A stretch of 59,997 bases of DNA, counting the filler, from Hausera hauseri (lineage: Eukaryota): the NCBI GenBank assembly GCA_046269625.1. It is 10 parts of 10 records of this genome, joined end to end, with 100 filler letters (N's around TTAATTAATTAA, not from the genome) between each part and the next. Parts side by side here need not be neighbours in the genome. Positions count along the whole stretch, not along the records: positions 17,246 to 26,540 come from JBJURY010409921.1; positions 26,641 to 31,112 come from JBJURY010564339.1; positions 31,213 to 41,614 come from JBJURY010192193.1; 7 more parts are not named here. The stretch is one strand, 5' to 3'. The notes below the pieces were generated by a model. The model was given only the letters and a program-made list of their open reading frames with translations. It made no database searches and was not told the origin of the DNA. This document shows, in pieces, positions 23,393-35,900 of the stretch. Each line of letters starts with the position of its first letter. The first letter of the stretch is position 1. Both the position numbers and the translations under genes were made by a program.

Positions 23393-26300
23393 ACTCTTCC
23401 AGTGGCTCGTATCCGTTGTTGTCAAATTATGCAACATATCGTCGAGTGTATTACTATTACTGGTCCGCTTGTCTTTTTCCTTGTCAAATAGTCTTGACCA
23501 AGCTACTTCGCGGGGCAGCTTCCTCGCCACTCTTCGTGCTAAGGTTATAACTCTATTGATTTCATTCTCTCGATTAGGGTTTATTTTGATAGCTAAATAC
23601 AGTAATACTTTCCTTAATACTTTATTCGTGTTTTCTGCAATGATCTTTTCGATTACCGATTCATCGGTTAGGTTACTTTTCGGTAGTTTAAAATGCAAAC
23701 TTCTCATTATTCTAGCTGCATTAAATATGACCTTTTTCTTATCACCTAATGTGTCGCCTCGAAGCTTGAATAATTTACAATTCGTATTAAATTCTTCATT
23801 AACTCGCTTAATTCTTCAGTATCTGTGCTGAAAGTCGGAATTGACATTTGTCTCAATTCTCTAATCAATTCTCCATTATAATGGACTAAATCTCGTGTCT
23901 TCTTAGGCCTACCGACTGGGCGTTTCTGTCTTGGGACATTGGCCATCACTTTACTCAGTGGAACTAAATTCTTGTCGTATTGTTCCTTATCCTCATCCGT
24001 TTGTAAATACTCGAAATACATTGCAGCGTCTCGTACTCCCATGATTTGTCCTACGCATCATTCTGTCTTGGCCTTACGCATGGCTTCTTTTTTAGTTTGC
24101 TCTTTGGCTACTATTGACATTATCCGACTTGTTTCGTCGAGAATAATTCCGACGTCTATTAACTGTCCTAGATCATCTAGTATTCTACCTCTAAAATAGA
24201 ATCTATAGTTTAGCTCGTTTGTTCCGCCATTATTTAATAACCATTCTCTAACGTCCCTTAAATAGGAATATGTAGTTAACTCACATTCTTTTTCGTCCAT
24301 CCACTCGGACGATATCATTACTTTCATCACTACCGCCGGTTTAACCCTTAATATTTTAGCGTATTCCCTGATCAAAAGTTTCGGCACCGTGCTATAAATT
24401 GTGTTCTCACTAGATAATTTAGTTAAGGTCGGAATAAGTTGTCTTAACCTACTTTCTGTAATGTTCACGTTAATTAATTTAATTAAATCTTTTTCAGTTA
24501 GCGCCAAATCCAGGAGCATCTCCACATTGAATCTCCTGTCCTGCGGACACGTTTCTATCTCATTTAATTGCACTGGAGTCACGGGTTTTTCGGCCATTTC
24601 TACCAATAAGTAGGCTACCCATACATTTCATTTATGACTTTTGAGTCTGGATCAATTGCATCCGACAATTTCTTTACGAACTCAGATTCTTGAAAACTGA
24701 GATGTTGGTCATTTCTTATCTTTATCAACTCGGTATGGAAATTTTGATCTGATCCGGCCATCCATTCTTGTGGTTTATGCAAAAATCTTATTACGTCTAT
24801 TAACGTAGCTTGGTCTTCCGGACAAATGTCTAGGGTCTTAATATCTTGAGCCGAGGTCTCATCAATAGGTTTATCTGTTATATGTTGAACTTCTTCTAGT
24901 CGGACATTCCTCAATCTTGGGTAAAATTTGCAAGTCATATTTCGCCTCTCCGTAAAGTTCGTCTCTTCGATCATCTTATAGATCTCTTCCAATAACGTTG
25001 CGTCTTGCTTCTTCTTCTTAAATTAAGTTGTCTTAATACATCAAATCTCGTTCGGATGTCTATTTCTGCTATTATCGTATATAGGTTACGTGCGCTTTCT
25101 TCTAACTGTTTCTTTACAGAGGTCTCGCTTCCTGGAAATTCTTTCTTTCAATCTTCCGCTATTTTGCCTAATCACATTACTAATTCGGACCATTCTGACA
25201 ACTGATTGGCGATTATTGGCTTTGTCGTTATAGCCTTATCTAGCATCTTATATGCATCATTTAACTCGTCATCTGGCCCTTTTATAAAGTTCATAATCCG
25301 GCTGACATAACTAAATTCATCTTTATATTCATCAAATTCTGCGATACAAGCTCTTACTACATATTCAGTTTCTTCGTTGTTTGGAGACAATCCAATTTCT
25401 CAAACTACAAATCTGTGCTCGCTTTTCATTTTCTATTTTGATCCGATTCTCTAGGTTTGTATATTGTTTGGGTACAACAAATGCAATTTTTATCATTTCC
25501 ATTAAAGGAGGAGTATCTATTGCGTCTATACCCAATATTTCTAAATCGACATTACTTCGACTATTAACCGGTTTTTCTCTGAGTCGATTAATCATTGTGC
25601 AACGAATTTCATCCATCGTACGTTCTAAATTCCGGACTACCCTCTTCAGTTTTGGATTTATTCCTAAATTAGCCAAGAGTGTTTTAGCTTTAGCGACTTT
25701 TATATCAATGCTATCTTCGTTTTTGTTCCATCCTTCCGAAAATTCGATTCTGCTTTTACTCCAGGATTCTAATTCATGCTTTCATTTTAACAGTGTTTTA
25801 GGTGATACCTCTTCAGGTTGTCCTAAGTCGATTGCTTCCTCTAGCTTCCCTTCACTGCATAGTTTTAAGCTTTTATATAGCCTCTCAGCAAACTGCTGCT
25901 CTTTCCCGGATATATCTATTTCTTCGCTAATCTGCTTAAGCCTTTCTAGATTTCGCTGTAATATTTCTGGGTCGTGGCATCTAATTTTTATTTTCTTTAG
26001 CTCATCGGCGTTTCTCCATGAACGTTGGACTTTTCACTTTCTTGGGTCAAAATCATCAATATTTACCGTTTCTTCCTCACTAATGGGGAGTGGGCAAACT
26101 TCATTAATTTCATTAATCGATTCTATAGACTCCGCTGTCCCAACAGGCGTGAGTAATCCAATTTTAGGTACATTCAACCTATGGTCCGCGTCGCCTTTTA
26201 CCGCTATGTTCGGACTTTCCGTTTCTTCAGTTTTCTCTCTAGTTATTTGTGAACGTGAACGACTTCTACGTTTCGTCTTAAATGAAGGGCTACTGCCTCT

Positions 26301-26540
26301 ATTTTTCGCAATTTTAAGTATTAATGGTTCCATAAATTCCTTTTCTGCTGTATCGTCCTCAGTGGAATTATCTACTTTTTCGCCCGTGAACTCAGGCTCT
26401 GCATCTAAGTCGACTTCTGTCGAAGTTCCTGTTTAATCAGATATCTTATTACTTGTCGGAACACTCTTTTTTCGTGTCATATCAATTCGCTTGGGTGCTA
26501 TCGCATGCTCATATTCAGTTTCTTGTTCTGCTAAACCATG
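23393..26540 (-). pseudogene. Element B long ORF1 (about 1000 codons, fragmented): basic/SR segment, charged helical region, AT-hook-like motif, gag-like C-terminus
   Basis: Consecutive minus-strand ORFs 26034-26333, 25365-25676, 25172-25390, 24615-24992, 24058-24606, 23746-24042 and 23033-23707. KRPVGRPKK at 23899-23925. Gag identity is inferred from position and a MSIPTFS segment. Confidence 0.55.
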
Positions 26541-26640
26541 NNNNNNNNNNNNNNNNNNNNNNNNNNNNNNNNNNNNNNNNNNNNTTAATTAATTAANNNN
26601 NNNNNNNNNNNNNNNNNNNNNNNNNNNNNNNNNNNNNNNN

Positions 26641-27133
26641 TAATATCAGATTCCGCATCGGATGAAAGGTCCAATTTTTCACCAATTATAACATGTCCAC
26701 CTAGCCGTAGACGTTTTTAATATACATTGACTTATTAAAAACCCCATACCTGAGAATCAGCTATAGATTTAAACTACATTTCCATGGGATTTCGATGCAC
26801 TAGTTTCATATGGTAGTTTGAAAAATAAGCATAAACCGAGAAATTTTGTCGCGAATAATTTCGAAGAGTATATGGGTTATTGTGTTGGATTGTCCGCAAA
26901 CGACGTGAAATAGGTTACGTTTCTTGTCGGGTAAAGTAAATACCACTGTTCTGATGTATTGTCATTGGTGAAAATGTAAATGTGAATTACGTCAGAGCCA
27001 CTTCCCAACCCCCGTGGCGTAAATCGACCGGTTGGTCCAAGTGCATGGCAAACTATTTAGCGGTATTGTCATTGTCGTCATGTTATGATAATGATCTGTT
27101 ACTATCAAGTACCAAGTAAATGTTGCTGCTCAT
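26641..27133 (-). pseudogene. Maverick/Polinton minor capsid (penton-like) protein N-terminus, absent from the ORF track
   Basis: MSSNIYLVLDSNRS...DNTAK*FAMHLDQPVDLRHGGWEVALT*F matches the pattern FYxxLPSNxS...NTxxxFxxxLxxPxxLxGxWEVxL. Its ATG overlaps the integrase TGA (ATGA). Confidence 0.75.
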
Positions 27134-28148
27134 TGAATCTGTGATGCAAAAATGCTACTCGGTGCAGTGTATCCGTGCCACTTGACGAGATATTGTTTAT
27201 TCGAACCTTTTTCACGTGAACGTAGAATTTCCCGAATAAAATATACATAGGGTTTCTCGGGCAGTACCCGCAGTTCCTGTTCGTAGAATATATCGCGTAT
27301 TTCCTCACCGTTTTTTTCCTCTGAAACATACATGACAGGTGTTTGTTTTGTTTTGAATGCCAAAATGCTAAAAACCTCGTCGCTCCAGTTCTGATTGAAA
27401 TTCTTAATGAATGCCGTCGTGCTTATTTTCGAAATACGCACGTAAGCACCGATTTTATATTTTGGACGTTTAATTGCTCGTTGTCGGTTTTGATAAAGCC
27501 TTATGTCCAAATCATCGATAAAGTCAACCGGGCGCATTTCGTTGATTCCACGGTGTGTCGAGTGATTGTATGCATGAATAATATCCGGCAATATATCTAC
27601 CCAGTGTTTTTTGCCCTGCTTCGTAAAGAATCTGTTTAGGCGACCGCACAATGTTCGATTAAATCGTTCAACGAGTACAGTCTTGTATTGGGAAAACATC
27701 GAGTAGTGTATTATGCCTAACCTTTTCAAGACCGCTGCAACATGGGTGTTGTAGAATTCCTTACCCAAATCCGTTTGTAAATGCTTCGGCTGTTGTTGTT
27801 GTTGTTGCATCAGTGTCTGAACAGCGTCGGCAATCTATTTACCGAATTTAGATTTCACAGCAATTGCACGTGCAAAAAAACTAAACACATCAATACATGT
27901 CAGCACGTACCGATACCCATCATTGATGCTGTCGTACGGAATCATTTCCATCAGATCCATTTACCATACGTTATTTACACCAGCAAAACGGTATGCACGA
28001 GTTAGAAACTGCCTTCTTATCGGTTTGTTTAGGCTCTATGCTAATTGTTTTCCGAGCCAACGTTGGGTCTGTTGCGAGTCTGTTTGACAGTCTTTGCCAG
28101 TTTGTCGACGTCAGTATACCTGACGGGATGACGCGGATCGAACCACAT
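27130..28148 (-). pseudogene. Maverick/Polinton retroviral-like integrase with C-terminal chromodomain
   Basis: MWFDPRHP..DVDKL, W*MDLMEM...GYRYVLTCIDVFS, LQTDLGKEF, VERFNRTL, YNHSTHRGI, YKIGAYVRISK, NWSDEVF, FYEQEL, QYLVKWHGY. Confidence 0.93.
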
Positions 28149-28937
28149 GTCGCGCATCGTTGTCGTCGAAGACGACATTGTTTCCCCGACGAGATACTCC
28201 AGCGTGCCGAGGAGAATTGGAGGGCACGGGAACCTTATCTACGACATATGAAGCAGGTTGTTGGTGACATGGACATGATATTCGGACAGATTTTTCGCAT
28301 GTGGCATAAATTGGTGGATACCTATGTGCCAACAGTCCACGTCAAATGGAGTTTGTGGATGATTTTGGCCAAAGCGACCAGATGATGGTGGATTACGTTC
28401 CCATGTGGCAATCGATGGATCAGATTTGCTTTAAGCAACATTTCAATGTAACTAATTCCGATCGACTCGTTCATTCTCCTACGGAATTGGTTATCCCATG
28501 TGGTTTATGTACTCCTAACATCCTTTAAAACGATTTAATTGTTGTTGTTGTTGTTGATGCGGTACAAAACAAGAAAAATTAATAAAATATTAAAATTAAT
28601 AAAAAATAGTATAAAAAATTATCAAAAGACAAAAAAGTAACATTCACTGGGTGATCCATCTTCGGTTGCCGTAAATTTTCGAAATGAAGATAAATTAAGT
28701 ACCTGGCATTTTATATATTAGTGTGTGTGTGTAGTGGTCATAATTTATTGACATACTGTTGATTTTGAAAACTACTTCCAAAAAAAACAGTCTCGACTTC
28801 CAATGTCCAATATTTTAGAATTGTACTTTACAGTAAAGAGCGAACAAACCATAAAAAATAATGACATTTTCATTAATGTGAGCTTCACAATATCCTTGTC
28901 ACACATTTGGTAGTGGTGGTAAATTTTTTTATCCAAC

Positions 28938-29028
28938 TCAACTCGTTGCGGTGAGTCCGAATATGCATGTGTCCGGAACTCGGTCAGTCTAATTTTTTCC
29001 GATTCAACTCATTGCGGTGAGTCCGAAT
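28938..29028 (+). repeat. 25-bp direct repeat, two copies 66 bp apart, in the Maverick subterminal region
   Basis: TCAACTCrTTGCGGTGAGTCCGAAT at 28938 and 29004. Confidence 0.85.
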
Positions 29029-31479
29029 GTTCTCGTGGTAATTTGTGTAATCGGTTTTAAGCGTCGTCGTCGTCGTACAAAATAAAATTCACGATTTTTC
29101 TACAAAAAACGAACGCATTTACAACCATGACTTTTGAACAATGCGTTTTTCGATTTATTTTTTACCCGGATCCGTTGGTCTGATCGTGAGGAGGTTATAT
29201 GAAAATTTCCCCAACTTATGAGCAATGTATGAGACCCATTTCCATCTTCGGCAGACTTGAACATGGGGAAATTTTACCAGACGGAAAATTTCCCAATCGG
29301 TTTTCCTCATGTTCCCTTGGTCGGACGACGACAAAACCGTGTCTATTCGAGTTGAAAACATCAATTTTACCTCTGTACAAAATTTTGGTGTACCCAGCAA
29401 CATGTGTTGCGTTGCCAGTTGCACATTGCCCGTTTTTCTTCTGCCTCCTGCTCCGCCAGGTTACATTTTACGGCTTCGCGGCGCTGTTTACTTTTGTTCG
29501 CCTTGTCCGGCTCGACCGATTGGTCTCGGTTCAAAGTCCATTGTTCGACCTTCTTCTTTCCCTGGAGGGGGGGGGTCTCCGACCTCGAGACATGAAATGC
29601 TCAGAATTGCGAGATAGGTGGGGAAAACTAGGTCCGAGGTCGATCTGACCACTTTTGGGAAAGTGGGCTGGAGCCCACACTTCTACCTACTTTCCTCATA
29701 TTATTGTTGATTTGGCCTTTCTTTGTGGTGTCCTTTCTTTCCCATTTATGTACTGTGCCCATGCGGTCACCTCTTGCACTTCCTAAGATTTAAGCCCATG
29801 TGAAAAGGCTGAGACATTTTTATTCAAAAACGATTTCCACAAGGCTGCTGTTTTATTTTTTTTACCAAATTTTTGAATTAGTTGGTGTAAAATCCGAACA
29901 TTTCTCCAAAGAGTTAAGTGCCACATTAGAATCATTTACATTTACTGTACAGGTTCAACCTGTGCCAATGCTAGTATACTCTGAATTCCTTATTTCATCG
30001 AAATGACGCATACGCCTATTTCTATGATTACTACTACAATTTTTTTGCGAAATGAGGTTCATTACATAAGTAGCATTATTTAATTTTGTAAAATCTTATA
30101 AGATAAACGTTCGTTGACGCACTTTGCGAAAATAATCAGCACACACACTGATTAATAAATTTTTTAAATTCATCAGAAAAGCTTGGAAGATAATAATACA
30201 AGCAACAAGAGAAATTTGTTGCTCAAGTGTAGGCATGACTAAATGTCATGTTTTAGTGCCTAGATGTTTTCCCCACGTGTTGCCAGGGATTATGTTTTAA
30301 ACGTGCACATATATTGCTACTTATGTTAGAGCGACAGGCCCAATTCAGGCAGAAATGACACAGCATCGGAAACAACAGCAGCTACAAAACTACCATATTT
30401 GGTTCAGTCTTTACAACAAACAAAAAAGAAACCACCCATAAATCTAAATGTGTGGGTGTACATGAATAATGATTTTTTTTTCAATAATGTTGTGTCAACA
30501 ATATGGGGATGAAAAATTTAAATCTCTCTCACGACAAGTTTAGGTCAATCACTGGGTTTCTACTGTTACATTTACTAAAGGAATTTCAATTATTCACTAT
30601 GAGTTTGATTCCATTCTGTAGTTATTCTTTCTTTTTGCACGTCGGCCTGTACAGATTCGTCTCTTCTTCTATTCATATAGTTTCTGTTCAAACTGTGTAT
30701 TTGTTTCTTTGCTAGTTGATCTATCCATCGTTCTAGTTATCTATCTTCAATCGATCAAACAACGTTGCAATCCGTCAAAGAATCTTTGAGTCTTTCTTTA
30801 CATCCATGTATGTGTCTTTTAAACGCCCATTTTATCGCTATACCTTTTATATCCTACAGTTAGACGCAGCTATCTGATTGTTTACACATGTAACCCCAAG
30901 ATTTATGGCGATGTTTCCACACATACCTCTGAGACATATCGCTAGTACATAACTGACATTGACGTGAAAGTATTTGATCAGCCAAAGTTATTCTTTGGTT
31001 GTTATTTGATCATCAGCTGTGTAACTAGCACTCTATTTTTAGTATTTCTGCTTGTGGAAGATAAGCTAAAGGATTTGTCACTTTTGATATGCCTTTAAAT
31101 CTTTATCATCCCNNNNNNNNNNNNNNNNNNNNNNNNNNNNNNNNNNNNNNNNNNNNTTAATTAATTAANNNNNNNNNNNNNNNNNNNNNNNNNNNNNNNN
31201 NNNNNNNNNNNNGAATTGAATACAATCAATTTTCCCATCACATATCTCATTTGTAAGTTGTTTAATTTCAGCTTCTAAGTCCATTTTTTTTCTATTTAAA
31301 CAATGTATTTAACGTTTGTTTATCAAAAAGTCAGAAATAACAATAACAAGATTTATTAATATAACAATAACTAGATTTAATAATATAATAATTAACAAGA
31401 TTTAATTTCAAGAATTTTCCAGATGGGTTGACTTTTTCAATCATTTTCTTTCAATGCTTGGATACATACTTTAATACAT

Positions 31480-32800
31480 GCCATTATGTATTGGGACAGA
31501 TCCATTGTTGATATATCACAAATCATAAAATCTTTGAATTTTATTGAGCGTGACCGAAAATAATGCTATCTTTCGTTAATCAAATTATCATGGCTTATTC
31601 CAAGTGCCTGTATTTCTGCCGACAGTTTGATGTAGTTCTCATCCATAATGTCTTTGACATCGTATAAAGTCCAGTACCCTTTTATTCGATGAAATCAACA
31701 GATTGCGCACCGTATTTAATTTCGACCATAGGTTTGTTTCCTGTTCAAGCTTCGTTCAACGTTTTGTAAAATGTAATCGGCTGAACAATACTCGTCAAAA
31801 TCAGACAGTAAAAGGAACAAATTCTCTGAAAATTATGGCGTGAATAGATTGAGTAACAGAACGGATTTTTGGAGTAATAATGAATAAATTAAAAATCGAA
31901 TTTACAACACAATTACTCGGATGAGATGACTCAATAGAAGAAAAATCCAAAGAAACTGAATAACTAATGCCTTTAGATCGACAAATCAGGTTCAATTTGA
32001 AAAAGCAAAACGTTGTCATTTTCAGATTTTATATTGATGTAATTCGCCATTGATTTAAGTTGACAAATAAACAGTCTTAAGTTAAAAAAACGGACAGTAA
32101 TGACCAACATTGAAAACTAAAGGGCTTCTGAAAGACTTCCATTTGTTGAAAATATCGTACTGAGTTTCAAGGACATCTACACAGATGGAATTTGGAATAC
32201 CAGTTTCATTAAACGTGGTATCCAAATTTATCAAAGCTATTTTTCTCGAACATCTTGTGGCGTAATTGGCTAATACTTTGAGATTTTGGACAATGTAATT
32301 TCATCAATGTTCGGTCCGTAGATTAAAATTCTTGGACCTCTCCATTGAATTACATGATGTTGTTCTTTGAGGTTCTAAAGAAATCATGTAGATTGCGCAA
32401 AATATCCGGCTTAAAAGCAATCCTATTGAAAGACATTCTCTGAAAATTTAGAATTTCTTAATTTACATAAGAAATGCATCCAGTATAGCTAATGATATTG
32501 TATTCGTCTCGTTGCAAATCGATTTCAAAACTCAGAGGAATTTCAGAACCAATTATTTCGGCTGTTCCTTTTATAAGCAACATTATGGTAGGTTTTTCAC
32601 ATTTTGACATAATTGATTCTTCGACTTTCAAAGTAATAATTTTCCATTTTTCTAATGCTGGGTTGATTGCAATATGCGCGTTTGAAAGATAATCAAACAT
32701 ACATAGAGTATCAATAATATGATTTATTAAATGTTCCGGTACAACCATTTCTGCTATAAACTGGCACAATTCATCGCGAACAATATGCCTGTTTTGCAAA
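31480..32800 (-). pseudogene. Unidentified degraded intronless coding sequence (left flank of gypsy element C)
   Basis: Protein-like minus-strand fragments (32458-32800, 31801-32019) broken by stops. No motif recognised. Confidence 0.35.
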
Positions 32801-32959
32801 ATTTTCGAGGTGGGGAATCGGGCCCAACTATGTATCCGCCGCGACGGCAACGGACGCCCGGCCGCGCCTGACCAAATGGGCCAAAGGGCACCGGCCGCTG
32901 TGGGCACCAAAAAAATCGCTAAACGAAAAAGTGTCTGTGTCAGCTAGTCTTAGTGTGAA

Positions 32960-35900
32960 CAAGACGTTGGGTGCCTTCTACTGATTTTTCCCTGCTATAC
33001 ATACTAAATGTGACTCTGCGTGTTTTGTCTTTATGCCATGTGTTTACTTGCAAAGTTTGAAATTGGGGAAAAAATTATCCGATTTTGTTGTGAATGTTGT
33101 GTCGTGCAAAGACGAGTCAAAATAAAGAGAAGAAGAAGGTGAAGGAGAGAGCGATTGTTTAGGACGGATGGCTAAAGGTATTCAAGAGAGTATTAGAACA
33201 CAAAGGACTGAAAAGAGGTGTAGTGGCGGATGAAGGAGGAGAGACGAAAAATGGCGTAGAAATTGAAAGTGTATTAGGTGAAAGAGTATAAGTAGAAGAT
33301 GAAACAGAGGTAGTAGTAGAGAGATAGATATAGGGATAGAAGTAGAGAGAGGAGAAAGTTGCGAAGCGGAAATGAAAGGAGTAAAAGACGATGTGTGAGG
33401 AGAGAGGGAGAAAGAGAGCGACGAGTATGAGTAAGGTGTGGAAAGAAAAAAAGAGAGAGGAAGTGAGAAGACGGTGAAGAGGGAAAAATGGAAGAGAGCA
33501 AGAAGATGGAGAAGGCGAAGGAAAGTAGTTGGAAGGTGGCATGCAAGAGGTTGGAATGATGAAAGGGGTAGATGGAGAGATTGATGAAGTCAAAGTGGTG
33601 TTTGGCGGAGGAGGTCTTGTAAAAGGAGAAAGCAGGTTGTCACCAGGGGATGAAGGAGGTGTTAAAGGCTTGAGGGTTCAAATTCGGATGGGGAAAAATG
33701 GATGAACAATCAGAAAAAATTGAGGTAGAAGTCTTGGGAGAAAACGTAGGGGAAAGTGGGTTAAAGAATTCAGCAGGGATGGAAGGTGAATTTTTGGATT
33801 GCTGCGCGTTGTGTAAAGTGTTGGTAGAATAGTTGTTTCGATGGGAGACGTATCGTTAATGAAGAAAGCGGGCTAAGCGTTGTTGATTTGGATGGTTACT
33901 TCTTTGTCGTCCTTGAGAATGATGGTGTTGTGAGAGTGTAAAAGAATTACTTTTTAAGGACCAACATACTGAGGTTGAAAACCACACGGCATTTGATTCT
34001 TTAGCCATACGAACTTGGCAATATATAAATCATCGTGTATGTTGGATTTACTTCCGTGTAACAGTCTACAAAATGAGTTTTTGCTGAACTCAATGAAGTG
34101 TCTCTGGGCCGCTTGTATGGTTTCGTCTGTAGGAATATTGTCCAGCTCAGCTAGCTCGAATAATGGTCTGAAAGAAGTACCAAATAATGCTTCTGCAGGG
34201 GAGAAGCTTGTAGAAGTAGATTTTGTGTTCCGCCAGCCAAGCAGAACGTACGGAAGGAGTGTAGTCCAACTGAAATTGGACTTAGCAAGGATTTTGAGAG
34301 ACGTTTACATCGTTCGGTGAAAGCGTTCGAGAAGGCCATTCGATTGAGGATGATATGATGACGTGTGAATGTGGTTAATTCCCAATCGATTGACAAGAGC
34401 TTTAAGCAGGTTGGATTCGAACTGTGGACCTTGGTCAGAAATGATGTGGCGAGGTGATCCAAACCTGCTGATCCAAGTGCGGATGACAACGCCTGCAATG
34501 GTTTCTGTGTTAGTGCTCCGAAGCGGAACGGTCCGTCATTGTGAGGATGAACTGATGGCCGTTGCCTAAAGGTAATGGGCCTACAACATCAATGTAGACA
34601 GATTCGAAACGAGACGTGCAGGGAAAATGAAAGAGTGGTGGCTTTAAGTGCTTAGTAACTTTGTATTTTGGCATGACACCCACGGCCTAACCCATGCCTG
34701 CACGTCAGAGCGCATCGACGGCCATACTACTTGGCGTTGTAAAAGTCAAACCGTGGCCTTGGCACCAGGATGATGCAACGCATGCACGCTGTTGAATGCT
34801 TCTTTTTGAAGCGATTCAGAAAGAATGATTTTGGGATTATTAGGTTTATAGGTATCAAAGGCCACATAATCGATGGTTTTTCACGATTTAGAAGACTTAA
34901 AGATGTCAGGAGGTGGCTGATTTTGCTGAAGTTTGGATTGAGGAAAAAATGGTGTAAACTCAATCGAGCTGACCGATCGGGATAAGAAGTCAGCTACTAA
35001 ATTGTAGACTCCGTTTAGGTGCTTAATTTCAAAATTAAATGTGGACAAATACTATATTTGCCTCTCCTGACGTGGAGAAGACGATTTCATGGTGAGAATT
35101 TGAAGCAAGGGCTTGATGTCCATTTGTATTGTAAAAGTTCGTGCAGTTTGCAGATGTTTACAGTGTTTTACGGCAAGGATCGTTGCAAGCAACTTTCGGT
35201 CAAAGGTGAAATATATTTGCTCCTGTGCTGTGAATTTTCGAGGAAAGAATTCCAATGGCTCATGGGATCCATTTTTCACTTGATGGAGGACAGCACCTGC
35301 AGCTGTTGTGGATGCGTCCGTGGTTAAGAAGAGTTCTGCTTGGGAGTCTCGATAAGCCAGGATATCTACAGTTTTCAAGTTGTCTTTGAGACGATAGAAA
35401 GTATTGACTAGATTGGCGGTCCATTGAATAGGCTGTTTCTTCTTGCCGGAGCTCAGTGATGCAAATGGAGCGGTTAGAGCAGAGCAATGTTGAACGTACT
35501 TATGAATAAAGTGCAATGTTCCGAGGAAGGAACGCATCTCTGTTGATGTACGTGGTAGCTGTATGTTTTTGAGCTGTGTGATGCGGTCTGGCTGAGGTGA
35601 GTGTCCGGAAGAGCTAATAACATATCCTAGGAAGTTGATCTTATGTCGAAAAAAAAGCATTTGGAGAAATTGATTTGCAAGTTGTTTTGGTGCAGGTGTT
35701 GAAAGATCAAATGTAGGTGTTCGAAGTGCTGCTTCGAGGAAGATGATTCAATTAGGATATCATCGATATAGGGATAGGCGAAGTCTAAGCCTGATAGCAC
35801 TGTATCGACATGCCTTTGGAAAGTCTGAGAAGCGCTGAGGAGTCCAAAGTGCATATACAGATATTCGAAAGGCCGAAAGGTGTAATGACAGCCGTTTTGG

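Larger units (their letters stand above)
17246..26540 (-). mobile_element. Ty3/gypsy LTR retrotransposon B (degenerate, fills the contig) with order ORF1/gag-like - signal peptide - glycoprotein - PR - RT - RNase H - IN
   Basis: Domains are collinear on the minus strand (see sub-features). Confidence 0.92.
26641..29691 (-). mobile_element. Maverick/Polinton end fragment (degenerate)
   Basis: Maverick-type integrase followed by a minor-capsid-like gene, plus a GC-rich terminal region ending in an AGTAGGTAG-type terminus at 29691. Confidence 0.8.

Noticed and set aside
25381-26436. 351-aa plus-strand ORF and other antisense ORFs (e.g. 607-1089, 9856-10137, 23334-23831)
   Set aside because: Shadow frames of minus-strand coding sequence, with S/L/F-rich composition and no motifs.
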